NCBI GenBank assembly: GCA_964016885.1
Contig: OZ024741.1
Coordinates: forward strand, 124,868,001-124,932,000
DNA length: 64,000 nucleotides
Direction of reading: 5' to 3'
DNA from: Eledone cirrhosa
Lineage: Eukaryota
Position numbers and translations under genes: made by a program. A model generated the notes under the pieces. That model was not told where the DNA came from. It worked only from the letters and a program-made list of their open reading frames with translations, and made no database searches. Below, one piece after another: positions 43,736-57,086 of this stretch; the first letter of the stretch is position 1; each line of letters begins with the position of its first letter.

Positions 43736-44045
43736 TAATTTGGTTGGTTGATGGCTCTCACGTGAATAAATATAATAAAAATCTCGCCAGTTCGCATTAC
43801 AAAGTTCTTATTATATTTGCCTTTAAAAAAAGGGGTGGCGGGCTCAGATTGTTTTTTCATATATGAGTGTAATTTGGTTGGTTGATGCAGTCACGTGAAT
43901 AAGCACATCAACTTTCGAGCCAGTTCGTATTTGAGGGTTCTTTTCACTTTAAAAAGTAGCTCAAAAAAGTTTTTTTTATAAATGTAATTTGATTGTTTAT
44001 GACTGTCACGTGAATAAGTACATTAAATTTCGCGCCCGCATTTGG
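43736..44045. repeat. Three diverged ~60-bp repeats, spaced 115-135 bp apart, each with TCACGTGAATAA
   Basis: taatttg.ttg.tt.atg....tcacgtgaataa at about 43736, 43870 and 43985. Confidence 0.8.
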
Positions 44046-45019
44046 GAATGTTTTGTAGCCATTTACAGAATTTTGTGCCAAACAAAAGATAATGGTCAAG
44101 AAAGAAGGGATGGGGAGAATTGTTCTAGATCAGTGAGTATGGCTTATGTGCTGAGGTGTCAAAATTCAGACTTTCTATTGAAATAAAGAAAGTAGAGATA
44201 TGTATTTTTATGTGTGCTGGTGTTGTGTGTGTGTGTGTGTGTAGGAAAATGATTCCGTTAGTAGAAATGGTGGAGGGAGTTATGTGTATGATGGGGTATG
44301 GTTAGCATGTTAAGGTTTTAGAGTATTAACGTATGTTAAGGTTTATTTAGCTCTGGTTTTTATTTTCGAATATAGAATACGTTATGTGTGTGTGTGTGTA
44401 TGTATGTGTCTATTTTGGATGGTTAGCATGTTATGGTGTTAACATAATGTATATTAAACTATATTTAATGCTGGTCTATATTTTTGAATAAACATATTTT
44501 TCCTTATATATTCGTATTTGTTCTGTTGTATTGTCAGCGCAAAGACTTGGAATTTGGGTGTCTTATCGCTTGCGCAAATGTCTAGACTTAGTCATGACAT
44601 ACTTATGTATATGTATATATATATATATATATATATTGTTATACCACTTAATACCAGTATGAAAAATAGCTCAATGTAAATACATCTGATGTCTTACAGG
44701 TCAGGAATATAAATTACAGAATAATCAAAAATATGTTCAAATCATTTGATTGCTGACAATCGTTTCTTCCAAACTCTCGTTTTGAATCATATGAGCATTA
44801 GCAAAGTTTAGACATATAATTAACCTCCTATTCCACAGAACAATCGTAAAGACACGTAGATATTACTGTTGTCACCAACGGTGCCATATTTAAAGAGTGA
44901 AGGTCGTGTGGTTAGTATCATTGGATGCGACAAAGATTATAAAAGAATAATACAACAATTATAGAAGAATTAAAGAAGAAAGTTACTCGCAAAATGAGGA
45001 CTTTAGCGGTACATAGGCA

Positions 45020-45117
<98 letters not shown>

Positions 45118-45614
45118 GCAAGATGACGCTACCTGGTGTCAGGCTTTAAAAACAGACTATTAACTGCTCTTAGTTCTGACGTCACGTTCTGACGTCATTA
45201 GCTAAAGGCTGTCTCTTCCGACCTTTACTTTCAAGCCAACAAGACGTGTCTGTTGGCCTGTCGCATCTATAATGCACCATGCGGTCAACGATACATTTCA
45301 ACGCATTCCCTTTATGACAATATCTGACACGAAGTCAAGGAGCAACAGATGTAGTAACCTGTCTCGTTTATTTTCAGTGATTAAAATGCTTATGTATATA
45401 TATCATCGAGGTAGTCTTTCATGAACTGTTTGTTGCGCATACACTTACAAAAAACTGGGGAAAGTGAACAAATCCTCTAAATATATATATATATATTGCA
45501 GACTCCTGCAAGCGGAATTTGTCGATCTTGCATTTGCAGAAACCTAGCGTTGATGTTGTGTGCTGTATGTGATGTATATCGTATGCTATACGATATGCAT
45601 TATATATTTTGCAT

Positions 45615-45750
45615 AGTTACGTCCCTTTACGATCTGAGTTCAAATCCCGCCGAGGTTGACTTTGCCTTTCATCCTTACGGGGTCGATAAAATAAAGTACC
45701 AGTAATGCACTGGATAATTGCTGGCCTTGTGCCTAAAGTAGAAACAATTA
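45615..45750 (+). mobile_element. SINE, 5'-truncated
   Basis: Matches the body of 27612-27803. Confidence 0.85.
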
Positions 45751-45992
45751 TATATTTTGCATTCAACCTTATCGTTTTGTCCAGGTCAGTCTAAAATCTT
45801 TTCCTGAGTCCTGTATTTTCGTTGCTCTAGTGATGCGGCTGGACTGCCGATCGCTATATTTGATTTGCTAAGCTGTCAAAACGTATTGTTATTACTCTGG
45901 GGTACTTTTCCCATCCGAGTGCTAAAGCTACAGACCGAGTTTGCATTCGTTAGCTTGGCCGCGAACTAAAGCTTCGTTAATGCTGTACTAGA

Positions 45993-46069
<77 letters not shown>

Positions 46070-46070
<1 letters not shown>

Positions 46071-46462
46071 TGGAAAGTTAAAAACAACAACACGGGAGTA
46101 CAAGTTACAAAAGGTATTAGATTCACGCTTAGTGGGAGTGGTGGGCGTGGGTGCAGCATTTCGGGCATGAGCCCTTCATCAGGAGAGTGGGGGAGGAGGA
46201 AGTCCGAGAAGGCGTGAGGGGAGAGTTAGTGGGGAAAAAATAAAACGTGAAGTGGAAAATAAAAGTTAAAAACGAGTTGTGAAAAGAAGTGAGGCGTGTA
46301 GAGGTGGTGGTGTGTGGGGATGGAGGGAGGGAGGGGAAGGAAAAAAGGGATCCGAGCGGGGAGGGTGGAAGGTGAGGTGTGTGTGTGTGTAGGTGTACGG
46401 GGAGAGCGAAGTTGCGTGCTTGAGTTTTGGAAAACCATTGTGTATGTTGGGGTGGAGTGTAA

Positions 46463-46540
<78 letters not shown>

Positions 46541-46960
46541 GCGTGTGGATGGAAAGGGGTCTGATGGGGTGGGGGAGAGCGTGCGGAATCCGGAGGCAGA
46601 GTGGGTGTATGTGAGGGTACGCAGGTGTGTGTGTGACTGTTTGTGTGGTGTGGATACGTTGGAGTGTATGATTGCGTGTGTGCAAAAATGGTGTAAGTGT
46701 TTATGTGTGTGTAAAATGATGGCACTGTTCCGGGTTGTTATCTCATAGATATCCGAGCCTGTAAACTCTGCGACAGCGTCCATGGGAATGGTGAGGAGGT
46801 GGTAGAAAGTTGTGGGGTGTGCGCAACAGGAAGAGGTCAAGATGATCAAGTCAAGGGGTGGAGATGACAGGGCGATGTGTGAGAGAGAGGGAAGGGAGGA
46901 GGTGAGCAGTCCAAATTGGTGAGATGTAGTGACAGAGTTGTCAAGTGGTAGGCAGATAGA
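46070..46960 (-). mobile_element. Decayed PLE-related terminal element; HHR-like core at 46153-46182
   Basis: Core reads CTGATGA-A-GGGC-tcat-GCCC-GAAA. The terminus ttggaaagttaaaaacaacaac also occurs inverted at 40703-40725. Related to 3255-3975 and 59820-59900. Confidence 0.6.
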
Positions 46961-47954
46961 TATATACATATGACTTCTACAGGACTAGAACGGTTTCATT
47001 CGTATGAATTCATCAGGAATGAAACAGCTCTAGTTATTTCTATATATAGTAAGCCTATAATCTAAATAAGTATTGAGTACCTTATTTATCTGTGGTTAAC
47101 CCCGGCACTACTCTGGAACCTACATATTATATATATGTGTGTGGGGGGGGGGTATGTGTGTGTGTGTGTGAATGTATATGCATGTATGTATGTGTGTATC
47201 TGTATGTAAATATATAAGTGTGTATTGTATATATGTATGTGTGTGTTTGTTTGTGTATGTGTGTGTTTGTTTGTGTATATGTGTGTTTGTGTGTGTATGT
47301 GTATCTATACATTGCAGTGGATTGTCGGAGCCTTTTGAGCATCAGACATGTTCCATGCAGTACCTGTTCTGGCTTGTTACTTTCCCATCTAAAATTGTGC
47401 TTTGCGATTTATATCCCACTGATGGCGAAACTAAGAGTGAATAACCAGATTACTGAACCACTGTAATAGTGTGGGGAGGACAATAGCTCTCTGCTACTGC
47501 AGTAGAACAATAATTATGTCTTTGTCTTATCTCTTACCGTAAAACATTTTCAAAACGTCTGATAAGTTTCAGTAAGACGCTACAATGCTGCAGAAATATG
47601 TTTTACCCAGTGTATTTGTTATTTTATTTGTCATCCATTAACCTTTATATATTTCTACCGCATTGTACCAGTTTTCTCGAACTTATTCATTTATTACATA
47701 CCTCACGATGCTCCGTATTAACTCTGCTACTTTATTTTCAAATTATTTAATCAATAAACTTTTTAATCTATCTTGTCTCGGATTTGTCTATAATTACTCC
47801 CACCTACAAGGTCTTTATAAGTTTTCTTTCATAGATTTGATGCGAATTTTATTTCATCTTCGAGTTCTTAAAAGTAATAACCATGCTTAATTCTTCCATT
47901 TTATCAAGATTTCAGATGATTTATACTTATTTAGATAACATATAAGATCGGTGC

Positions 47955-48168
47955 GTAGAGAGTATCGGTGGAGCGTCGAACAACATGCTTCGCGGCAAAG
48001 AGTTACGTCCCTTTGAATTCTGAGTTCAAATCCCACCGCGGTTGGTTTTGCCTTTCATCCTCACAGTGTCGATAAAGTAAAGTACCAATAACGCACTGGG
48101 GTCGATTTAACCGACTCTCACCTCCCCAAAAATTGCTGGCCTTGTGCCTAAATCAGAAACCATTATTA
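47955..48168 (+). mobile_element. SINE, diverged longer subfamily
   Basis: gagttcaaatccc..ttttgcctttcatcc..aattgctggccttgtgcc. Confidence 0.75.
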
Positions 48169-49038
48169 GATCAAATACACCCATTCTACCTCTAATTTAT
48201 CTTAATGCCAGTGGCCTTGTGCCAAAAGTAGAAGCAGTTTATCTTAACGCCTTCTGTCTTACCGTTTCCATATTCATCAGCATCATCATGACCACCATCA
48301 TCAAAGGCATCATCATTTTACATCCGTTTTTTTTCTTCTTTTTGCGGGGTTTCCGGCTTTCATAGGCTTTATCGATCGTTACAGTCATAGTAATTCCTTA
48401 TTTAAAGTCACTAGAAACAGCTGGCCACGCCTCATTTAGATACGTGGCATCTTTGATAGGGGCCTCCACGGCCAGATGACTTTCCTAACATCAATCACCA
48501 TACACTATGTATTCATTGCATTTTATCGAGCCACCAACAGGAAAGTTACTCTTAAAAGACTAAAGAGCCTGATTTTAGTGCGTTCAATCGTTAGCCACTG
48601 TACCGGATGAACTGAGGACATTTCAATCATGACACTAACATTAGATATTAGAGAGATTGCTTTGTCCCTTGCTAATCTAAGCAGTCCCTATCTCTTCCGG
48701 TGTCAAAAATTACATTTTTTTTTTCTTCCCCCTCTTTTATCTGAAATGTTTGCAAATGTATATAGTATTTGCCACATTATATTATTAACTCTTCGATCAA
48801 CTATGTTATATATTTTCTACTAACCTTAACATTTTTCAAATAAATTTACCGCAATTACTAAACTAAGAGCTAAGATGCACGATAATCTAAATAGAAATAG
48901 TATCAAGCTGTGTAACGTAGCTATAACACATTAACCAGAAATGTTCCATTTTCCAGTTTACCTATCGTATATATTAAACTAATGAAGTAAACGAAAATTG
49001 TAAAGGACCCGAATTAAAATATTTCAATTACGAACCAT

Positions 49039-49071
<33 letters not shown>

Positions 49072-49076
<5 letters not shown>

Positions 49077-49263
49077 TGTATCTACTTTTGGCACAAGGCA
49101 AGCAATTATCCCAGTGTATTACTGGAACTTTATTTTATCGACCCCGTAAGGATGAAAGGCAAAGTTAACCTCGGCGGGATTTGAACTCAGTCCGTAAAGG
49201 GACGTAACTGTGCTGCAAAGCATGGCGTCCGACCTTCTACCGATACTGCCAATCCACCGCCCT

Positions 49264-49332
<69 letters not shown>

Positions 49333-49443
49333 TGTTTCTACTTTTGGCAGAAGGCCAGCAATTATCCAGTGTATTACTGGTACTTTATTTTATCAACCCC
49401 ATAAGGATAAAAGGCAGAGTTAACCTCGGCGGGATTTGAACTC
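49072..49443 (-). mobile_element. Two SINE copies (49072-49265 full, 49330-49443 truncated) in (AAT)n
   Basis: Reverse complements of the 27612 family, separated and flanked by (AAT)n. Confidence 0.88.
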
Positions 49444-49514
<71 letters not shown>

Positions 49515-50014
49515 CTTGTGGAACTTTAGCATCCAAACAGACCGAAAAATAGATGCAAATAGACCTGATATAATATTGAACGACTTTCAAAGGAGGGTAT
49601 GCCTGCTAATTGATATGTCTGTTCCAATAGACAAGAATGTATCTATAAAAACATTTGAAAAATTGAGCAAGTATAAGGACTTGGAGATTGAAATTGGAAA
49701 AATGTGGAAATTGAGAACTAAAACAATACCAGTGGTTGTAGGCGCTCTGGGAATGATACCTAAGGGGTCTAACGACTACTTATCGCAAATCCCAGGAAAC
49801 CCACGTATAGGAGAAATACAAAAGATAGTACTAATGGGAACTGGCCATATACTAAGGAAGATCCTGTCAATATAAGTACATCACAAGTCTAAACACTAAG
49901 GATGCATGTGTGAATATGTATGTTCTTTCTTGAACATGGCGGAACTTGTTGTCTCTTGAGGTCACTGGTTGTGACTTGGTGATAACTCGTATGAACATAA
50001 AGCAAGATAAATGC
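49515..50014 (+). mobile_element. 3' end of an R4/Dong-type non-LTR retrotransposon (restriction-like endonuclease, ORF 49516-49875, plus 3' UTR) in (TAA)n
   Basis: WNFSIQTDRKIDANRPDII...LLIDMSVP.D......EKLSKYKDL..EI..MW....IPVVVGALG is a PD-(D/E)xK-type RLE. (TAA)n lies on both sides, the known target of Dong elements. Confidence 0.9.
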
Positions 50015-50015
50015 A

Positions 50016-50046
<31 letters not shown>

Positions 50047-50200
50047 GTTTCTGATTTAGGTACAAAGCCAGCCATCTTGTGGGGGCGGAGAAAGTCGATT
50101 AAATTCACCCCAGTGCGTTACTGATACATTATTTTATCGACTCAGTAAGGTTGAAAGGCAAAGCTAGCCTCAGTGAGATTTGAACTCAGAGCGTAAAGAG
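50047..50200 (-). mobile_element. SINE fragment after (AAT)n
   Basis: Reverse-complement match to the 47955-48168 subfamily. Confidence 0.75.
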
Positions 50201-50819
50201 CCATAATTCTATTCCACAAAACTGTGGCTACGGTCACAACTATACACTCTTCGATTACACAGCCAAAAGACAAGCAATAATTTCATGTTCTTAATTATAG
50301 TTGAATAAATATATATTGGGAAATTCTGTACATAATAATAAAAAGTGAATTTTGTAAAGTATCACAACTATATATTACCCTTAAGTTACCTTGGATGTAA
50401 AATACGTTTTGCACAAACAGCCACACGTTTCCTATTAATTAGTTCGTTAAATTGAGGGTTTGCAGCAATATGCGGACGGAGTTTTTTCTGATTTGAAAAT
50501 ATTACCTGTTTTTTCTTTCATTCTTAAAACTGTATTTGTTGTATGTTAAATGTAATCTATTCAATCTATATATAGCCAATAACGTTCTCAAATCTTCATT
50601 TTGCTCCAAGCTATTACCATTTGCAAATCCTTACTTGTCATAAATTTATTTTAATTAAGGACACTTTTGTTAAACATATCACCATTCTAGATAACAAATG
50701 GCTGACGAAAATATATTGCTGTTTATAGATTCTATCTGTATCAAATATTTAATCACCACAAAAGATTTTGAATAGTTTACTATAAGTGTACGTTAACTAG
50801 GCATCCGTCGGGGTCCTAC

Positions 50820-50876
<57 letters not shown>

Positions 50877-51434
50877 ATAAAATAAGTCCCTCATCAGTGA
50901 TTTGCCGAAGATCATAGATATTTCATTGCATTAAAAATCATATATCTCACGTCGGTGCAATAATAACCAAAATAAGTTATTAGGACAATTAAAACGCGTA
51001 AAGCGAGTGAGACAGGAGAACAACAAAAAGTATAGCTAACCGTAGAGGACAGAAACAAGCTTCAAAAATTATTCTGTTTAGCGTAAGCTAGGTGAATATA
51101 TGAGCGCTTAGAGAATAGATCCTACACGAACGAAGACTATGAGCAGAGAGAGAAAAATAGCGTTCGTGGTGTGCAGGATGAAATGAAGAGAAGAGAGAGA
51201 AAAACAGTGAGTGAGTGAAAGTGTGAGGAAGAGTTAACGGACATGACAGAGGGGGAGAAACAGAGAGAATGGGGGGAACAGTAAGAGAGAGAGAAAAAAA
51301 CACAGAATCGCAGTGGTAAATATATGTATTAAAATATAGAGAAAAATACTGCAGGTAGCACATGGATAACATGTATAATATATATATATATCAAAATGAA
51401 AATCCGAAGGCAAGGTAAAATTCCAATCATTTAA

Positions 51435-51508
51435 TCACGACACATGTTTCAGTAAGAGATAGATCGATTGTGAAGCCATGATCGATTATCACTGATCTCA
51501 TCAGGTGA
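51435..51508 (-). ncRNA. PLE terminal hammerhead with extended stem II
   Basis: Reads TCAC-CTGATGA-gatcAGT-(hairpin)-ACT-GAAAC-atgt-GTC-GTGA. The base of stem II is irregular. Confidence 0.75.
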
Positions 51509-52839
51509 AAATAAATTGTCTTCAAATTCTTGATATGAGGGAGAGAAAAAACGATGTTCTTTCACATAATTCATTCCCTCATATGAAGACACACCAGTCA
51601 GTCAGAGACAAGGCGACTGCTATTAGCTTTAGTTGAGGTCATAAAAGTTTTCAGACTTCTATCGCTGCAAAAGTGGCTGGACATCAAACAAATCCGTAGG
51701 GATACAGTCAGTCACAGTTAGAAGTGAGTGGGTACACACACACACTCCACACCCGCATACATCGGCTCGAGGTCAAAGAAAAATAAAAATAAATACATAT
51801 ATATACACACATCAACACAGTATTAAATCCGCAGAATTAGCGTGGGTGGGTACACACACCCCCCAACACACACCGAAGCGATATCCGAGAAAAAACACAT
51901 ATAAGAATGTACCAACACAGCAATCACCGAAAAGTTAGTTCGCAAAGCAACAGAAGTTATGTCGGTCAAATCTCAATATGACGATGTAAATCGGAAATAT
52001 TGGGTTAACCAACGCTACATACATACATACACACACGCGCGCGCGCGTGCGCGCAGGTAAGTTCAGTTCAGTGTTCTGCTGTACGTGTATAGATCCAATT
52101 GTAACATCCATATCTTCAAGTGTGTGTTATGGTAAGTGGTATATACACATCCGAATCGTCCAAAAAATGTGGGTGGGTGGTCCGGGTATATACTCATCCA
52201 TGTGAAGAGCAAGCAATCAGCTCATGTCGAACTCCTTGTGTACCGTTGTCCAGTTGAGAATCAGAATCACCAAATCCGTGCGTGCAAGCAACTGCAATGT
52301 GGGCCGGCAAAGGGCTCTAAGTAGGGTTGGGTATAGGGTAAATGAGTCCGCAAGTGCGATCTCCCGCCACATGAGCCAATGAGCTTTTAAGATATAGAAG
52401 GTGAAGTAAGAAAATACAGGATAGTGAAAACCAGAGGATGTGTGTAGGCCCATTAATGGTGTGTCAGTATCGTTGTTCAATCCGTAACGGTGAGTCCTCC
52501 ATGGTTAGATGATCACGCATCAAAACCTGGTGTAGTGTTCAGTCGGTAGGAACGTGACATTCGTAAAAGTGGGAGCTCAATGTCTAAAGGAAGCGGGTAC
52601 TGTGTGTAGAGCTATGTATAGGGAGCGTAATCGGTCCTAACTGGGTGTGTAATCAATCTAACTATTTACTAGCTAGGTATTCTAAAAGAGAGCACTCAGC
52701 TGTGAGAACTCCGTGGAAACAGGCCGATATCTTTGCAAGTGCGCAAACAATCTTAGCCGTCTAACTACCTAAGTGTGTGACTGTCCGTTTATTGAGAGAA
52801 CTCTATGGCTAAAGTAAAGAGGGAGGAGTTATTGGTAGG

Positions 52840-53667
52840 TTACCTTCCAAAAATCCTGCGGAAGGTTTTCGAGGTTCTATGTTGACAGTTGCTGAAAAAA
52901 TCTGCTCTTCTATTAATTAATAGGGGGCCGCCTCTAATAATATTGAAAGTTTCAACTATACATAAATTGCACACGCCAGTGCTACCGTTATAAGGTTGGG
53001 CTGAACAAACTATGGACCAGGATAAGGAGTGCTCTATATTCTGACGTTTAAGCTTCCAGACTAATTCCGAAAGTGCCGTGCTATTTTTCTTATCAAATCT
53101 ATTAAAGGTATGGCGGTGAATATACCATCTATCCTTAAATTCCGTGGCAGTTGCCCCAACATACCTAAAGGTTCTATCAGGAGTGGAGACCTTACAGTCG
53201 TAGACTATGTTTTTGGTAAGGCATTTCCCAGCCAAGGGGCAGGTGGCGGTACTTCTGCAGTTGCATTTTTTGCTATCAATCTGGGTGGTTCTGGATGGAC
53301 CACGGTACCTTTGGAGTCGGGTCTCAGTTCCAGTCTGCTCTATGGGTAAATTCCCTGGGGTAGGGGCGACCCGACTCGCTTCACGTGTATGAGTCAGTTC
53401 CTCAATAGAGCTGCCATTGTTCCTGCCATGCCTAATTCCCTCATTGGCTGTCTTAAGTCTACTATAATTCATCTTAGCTATATTCTGAGCTATGTTTCTA
53501 GTTGTGGAGTAGGACAGCTTGATAGTATTTCTATTGAATATTTTATAATATCTGTGCGATCTAGGGAAGCATTTGTCTAAGGCTCTAAAGAATAGCTTAG
53601 CTATACTAGTGGTCAGGCCAGTGGAGTAAGGGGGATTATACCACAGGACTTTTCTGGTCCGAACCAC
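52840..53667 (-). pseudogene. PLE C-terminal linker and GIY-YIG endonuclease (open 275-aa fragment, no RT)
   Basis: WYNPPYS, FNRNTIKLSYST, KCNCRSTATCPLAGKCL, VYDCKV..RYVGAT..EFKDRW..HRHTF, CNLCIVE, LINRR...CQHR. Confidence 0.9.
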
Positions 53668-54314
53668 CCTAGAATAGTCACTAACGGTATTACCAAAAGC
53701 GTCTCTAGTAGAATTTCAGGACTATCTTCCAATGTAGATACCTTTAATAAGATCTCGAATTACTATAATAGCGCCTAGGAACGCGCAGGTCATAGCGAGA
53801 GAATCTCATTCAAACGTCCATTAAATAGAAGTAACTTTGTTCGCGATAGCTTAGGCTTAAATCGTGACACTCTAGTTAACAGCAGGCGGGATACGAGGGA
53901 GGATTCACATAGTCTTCATGCTGTACTGCCGCCTAGTCCCAATGCTGTCGGTACTAATAGAAACAGCCACCCAGGTAATAATACTGGGTCTGAGCAACAT
54001 AACGCCAGCGGAAACTCTAATAGTAACCTTAATTGTGGAACCGATAGAACTACCGCTGAACGCAGTATGGAACGAGGGTCGAGTAGGGTGAATTGGGTCA
54101 GGTGTAGCAGACGCATAGGTGATACAACCCCAGCTATCGAGGGTAAACCCAATAGCCGCACGGGTGGGTACACCGCCCTGGAGACTTGGGACGATTCCGA
54201 ACACAATCGTGACACCCCAGGACACCACCGACCCACAGGTAATTTCCAGTTACAATATACTAGTAACTACTAGGGAGACAGGTAGTTCTAATATAGTTAG
54301 TAGGAACAGGAGAC

Positions 54315-54895
54315 ATCGGACCAGAAAAGTCCTGTGTATAATCCCCCTTACTCCACTGGCCTGGCAACTAGTATAGCTAAGCTATTCTTTAGGGCCTTAG
54401 ACAAATGCTTCCCTAGATCGCACAGATATTATAAAATATTCAATAGAAATTCTATCAAGCTGTCCTACTCCACAACTAGTAACATAGCTCAGAATATAGC
54501 TAAGATGAATTATAGTAGACTTAAGACAGCCAATGAGGGAATTAGGCATGGCAGGAACAATGGCAGCTCTATTGAGGAACTGACTCATACAAGTGAAGTG
54601 AGTCGGGTCGCCCCTACCCCAGGGAATTTACCCATAGAGCAGACTGGAACTGAGACCCGACCCCAAAGGTACCGTGGTCCATCCAGAACCACCCAGATGG
54701 ATAGCAAAAAATGCAACTGCAGAAGCACCGCCACCTGCCCCTTGGCTGGGAAATGCCTTACCAAAAACATAGTCTACGACTGTAAGGTCTCCACTCCTGA
54801 TAGAACCTTTAGGTATGTTGAGGCAACTACCACAGAATTTAAGGATAGATGGTATAATCACCGCCATACCTTTAATAGATTTGATAAGAAAAATG
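54315..54895 (+). pseudogene. Inverted, 3'-truncated duplicate of the GIY-YIG region
   Basis: ORF 54334-54945 is nearly identical to 52840-53667 up to FDKKN, then fuses to the terminal repeat. Confidence 0.88.
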
Positions 54896-55124
54896 GCTTC
54901 ACAATCCATCTATCTCTTATTGAAACAAGTGTCGTGATTAAATGATTGATTGGAATTTTACCTTGCCTTCGGATTTTCATTTTGATACTTATACTCCGTT
55001 TTACATCATCTAGCTGTTCCCTCGAATGGAATTGGAGATATACAAAAGCGTGGAGAATTTAATATTGCTAACATAAAGTTATTGGACCATTTTACACAAC
55101 CAATAATGCACCTTAATATATAAC

Positions 55125-55222
<98 letters not shown>

Positions 55223-55984
55223 CGGAAAAAATGAAACGATATTTCATTTCCCACTCTTAGTACGGCTGTTACTTAAATATAAGTATGTACACGTACATAC
55301 ATATATGTATACCGACATACAGTAGTATGTATATATATATATACATACATGCACACATATATATATGCACGTATGGATTCACCGAACATTTATTATAATG
55401 CTCGGTGTGTTTGTAAACAAACATCCCGTATTAAGCCGTAGTGTCTAGCAACCACCGTTGCTCGTTTGTTCAACACTGACAAAGGATATATATATATATG
55501 TAGGACCCCGAGGGCTGACCTAGTTAACGGAGATTTATAGTAAACTATTTAAAATCTTTTGTGGATATATATATATATATATAAAGATTTACATATACAC
55601 AAACTAGACAAAGTCACAGAAATATATGTGTTTTGGCAACCATTCACGATGTGTCTCAATGAAGAATTAATAAATTAAATAATCAGAGCAATATACTATA
55701 AAGTATGTCCATGGAATCATTTGATAATATATATACACCATTTCCCCTCCCAATTAGCATAATTAACCACAGAAAAAATCAATTAGACCAGGCTATAAGA
55801 TTAAAAGGCACCTATGAAGAAATAGTAGATAAATAAACGACAGCAATCTCTTCGCGGCCAACCGCCATAGAATTTCACCCAACATTTCAACAGCACGTGG
55901 AAATCGATAAAATATACCGTCAACCATACACAATTAGGTATAAAATTAAAGTTAGCAGAAATGCTTATACACATACCAGGATTG

Positions 55985-56065
55985 TGTCCCAACCCTCGGG
56001 TTTCGTCGCATTTTGATATATCCTATTAAGGATAAAATCTCGAGCTTCGAACTCATCAGGAGACA
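55985..56065 (-). ncRNA. Type I hammerhead with extended stem II
   Basis: Reads TGTCTC-CTGATGA-GTTCG-(~40 nt)-CGAC-GAAACCC-ga-GGGTT-GGGACA. Confidence 0.8.
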
Positions 56066-56718
56066 AACTCGTTAGGACAGATTATTTTCTAAAGTGGTCC
56101 CCGCCAGACACGAATTCAAAATGGCTAAGAATTGTGACGTGGCAGTGGTCAAGTCAGAAATAATGTGATTGGTTGCTTACGGCGAGTGGGTTGGTTACTA
56201 GAAAGCGCAGCCCAATATTGCCCAAATTGCATCTCAACCTTATGGGAGATTATTAAATATAAAGATTTACATATACACAAACTAGACAAAGTCACACAAA
56301 TATATGTGTTTGGCAACCATTCACGATGTGGCTAAATGAAGAATTAATAAATTTATCAATGAAGAATTAATAAATTAAATAATCAGAGCAATATACTATA
56401 AAGTATGTCCATAGAATGATAATATATATACACCATTTCCTCTCCCAATTAACATAATTAACCACACAAAAAATCAATTACACCAGGCTAGAAGATTAAA
56501 AAGCACCTATGAAGGAATAGTAGATAAATAAACGACAGCAATCTCTTAGCGGCCAACCGCCATAGAATATTTACCCAAAATATTTACCCAACATTTACTC
56601 GCCGTAAGCAACCAATCACATTCTTTCTGACTTGACAACTGCCACGTCACAATTCTTAGCCATTTCGAATTCGTGTCTGGCGGGGACCACTTTAGAAAAT
56701 AATCTATCCTAACGAGTT

Positions 56719-56800
56719 TGTCTCCTGATGAGTTCGAAGCTCGAGATTTTATCCTTAATAGGATATATCAAAATGCGACCGAAACCCGAGGGTAGGGATA
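56719..56800 (+). ncRNA. Type I hammerhead (inverted-arm copy, GUA triplet)
   Basis: Reads TGTCTC-CTGATGA-GTTCG...CGACC-GAAACCC-ga-GGGTA-GGGATA. Confidence 0.78.
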
Positions 56801-57086
56801 CAATCCTGGCATGTGTATAAGCATTTCTAACTTTAATTTTATCCCTAATTGTATATGGTTAGCGGTATATTTAATCGATTTCCACGTGCTGTTGAAATGT
56901 TGGGTAAATATTCTATGGCAGTTGGCCACGAAGAGATTGCTGTCGTTTATTTATCTACTATTTCTTCATAGGTGCCTTTTAATCTCATAGCCTGGTCTAA
57001 TTGATTTTTTCTGTGGTTAATTATGCTAATTGGGAGAGGAAATGGTCTATATATATTATCAAATGATTCTATGGATATACTTTATA

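Larger units (their letters stand above)
51392..54990. mobile_element. Rearranged Penelope-like element (Neptune-like): minus 3' copy plus an inverted, internally deleted copy
   Basis: Segment 51392-51478 is the reverse complement of 54895-54986. The GIY-YIG region appears on both strands, and TA runs flank the element. Confidence 0.88.

Noticed and set aside
44750-44805. Minus-strand GAAAC-gatt-GTC-AGCAA hammerhead-like half
   Set aside because: The 5' core is unrecognisable, so it is too decayed to call.
47415-47440. CTGATGGCGAAAC
   Set aside because: No room for stem II and no stems I or III; a chance match.
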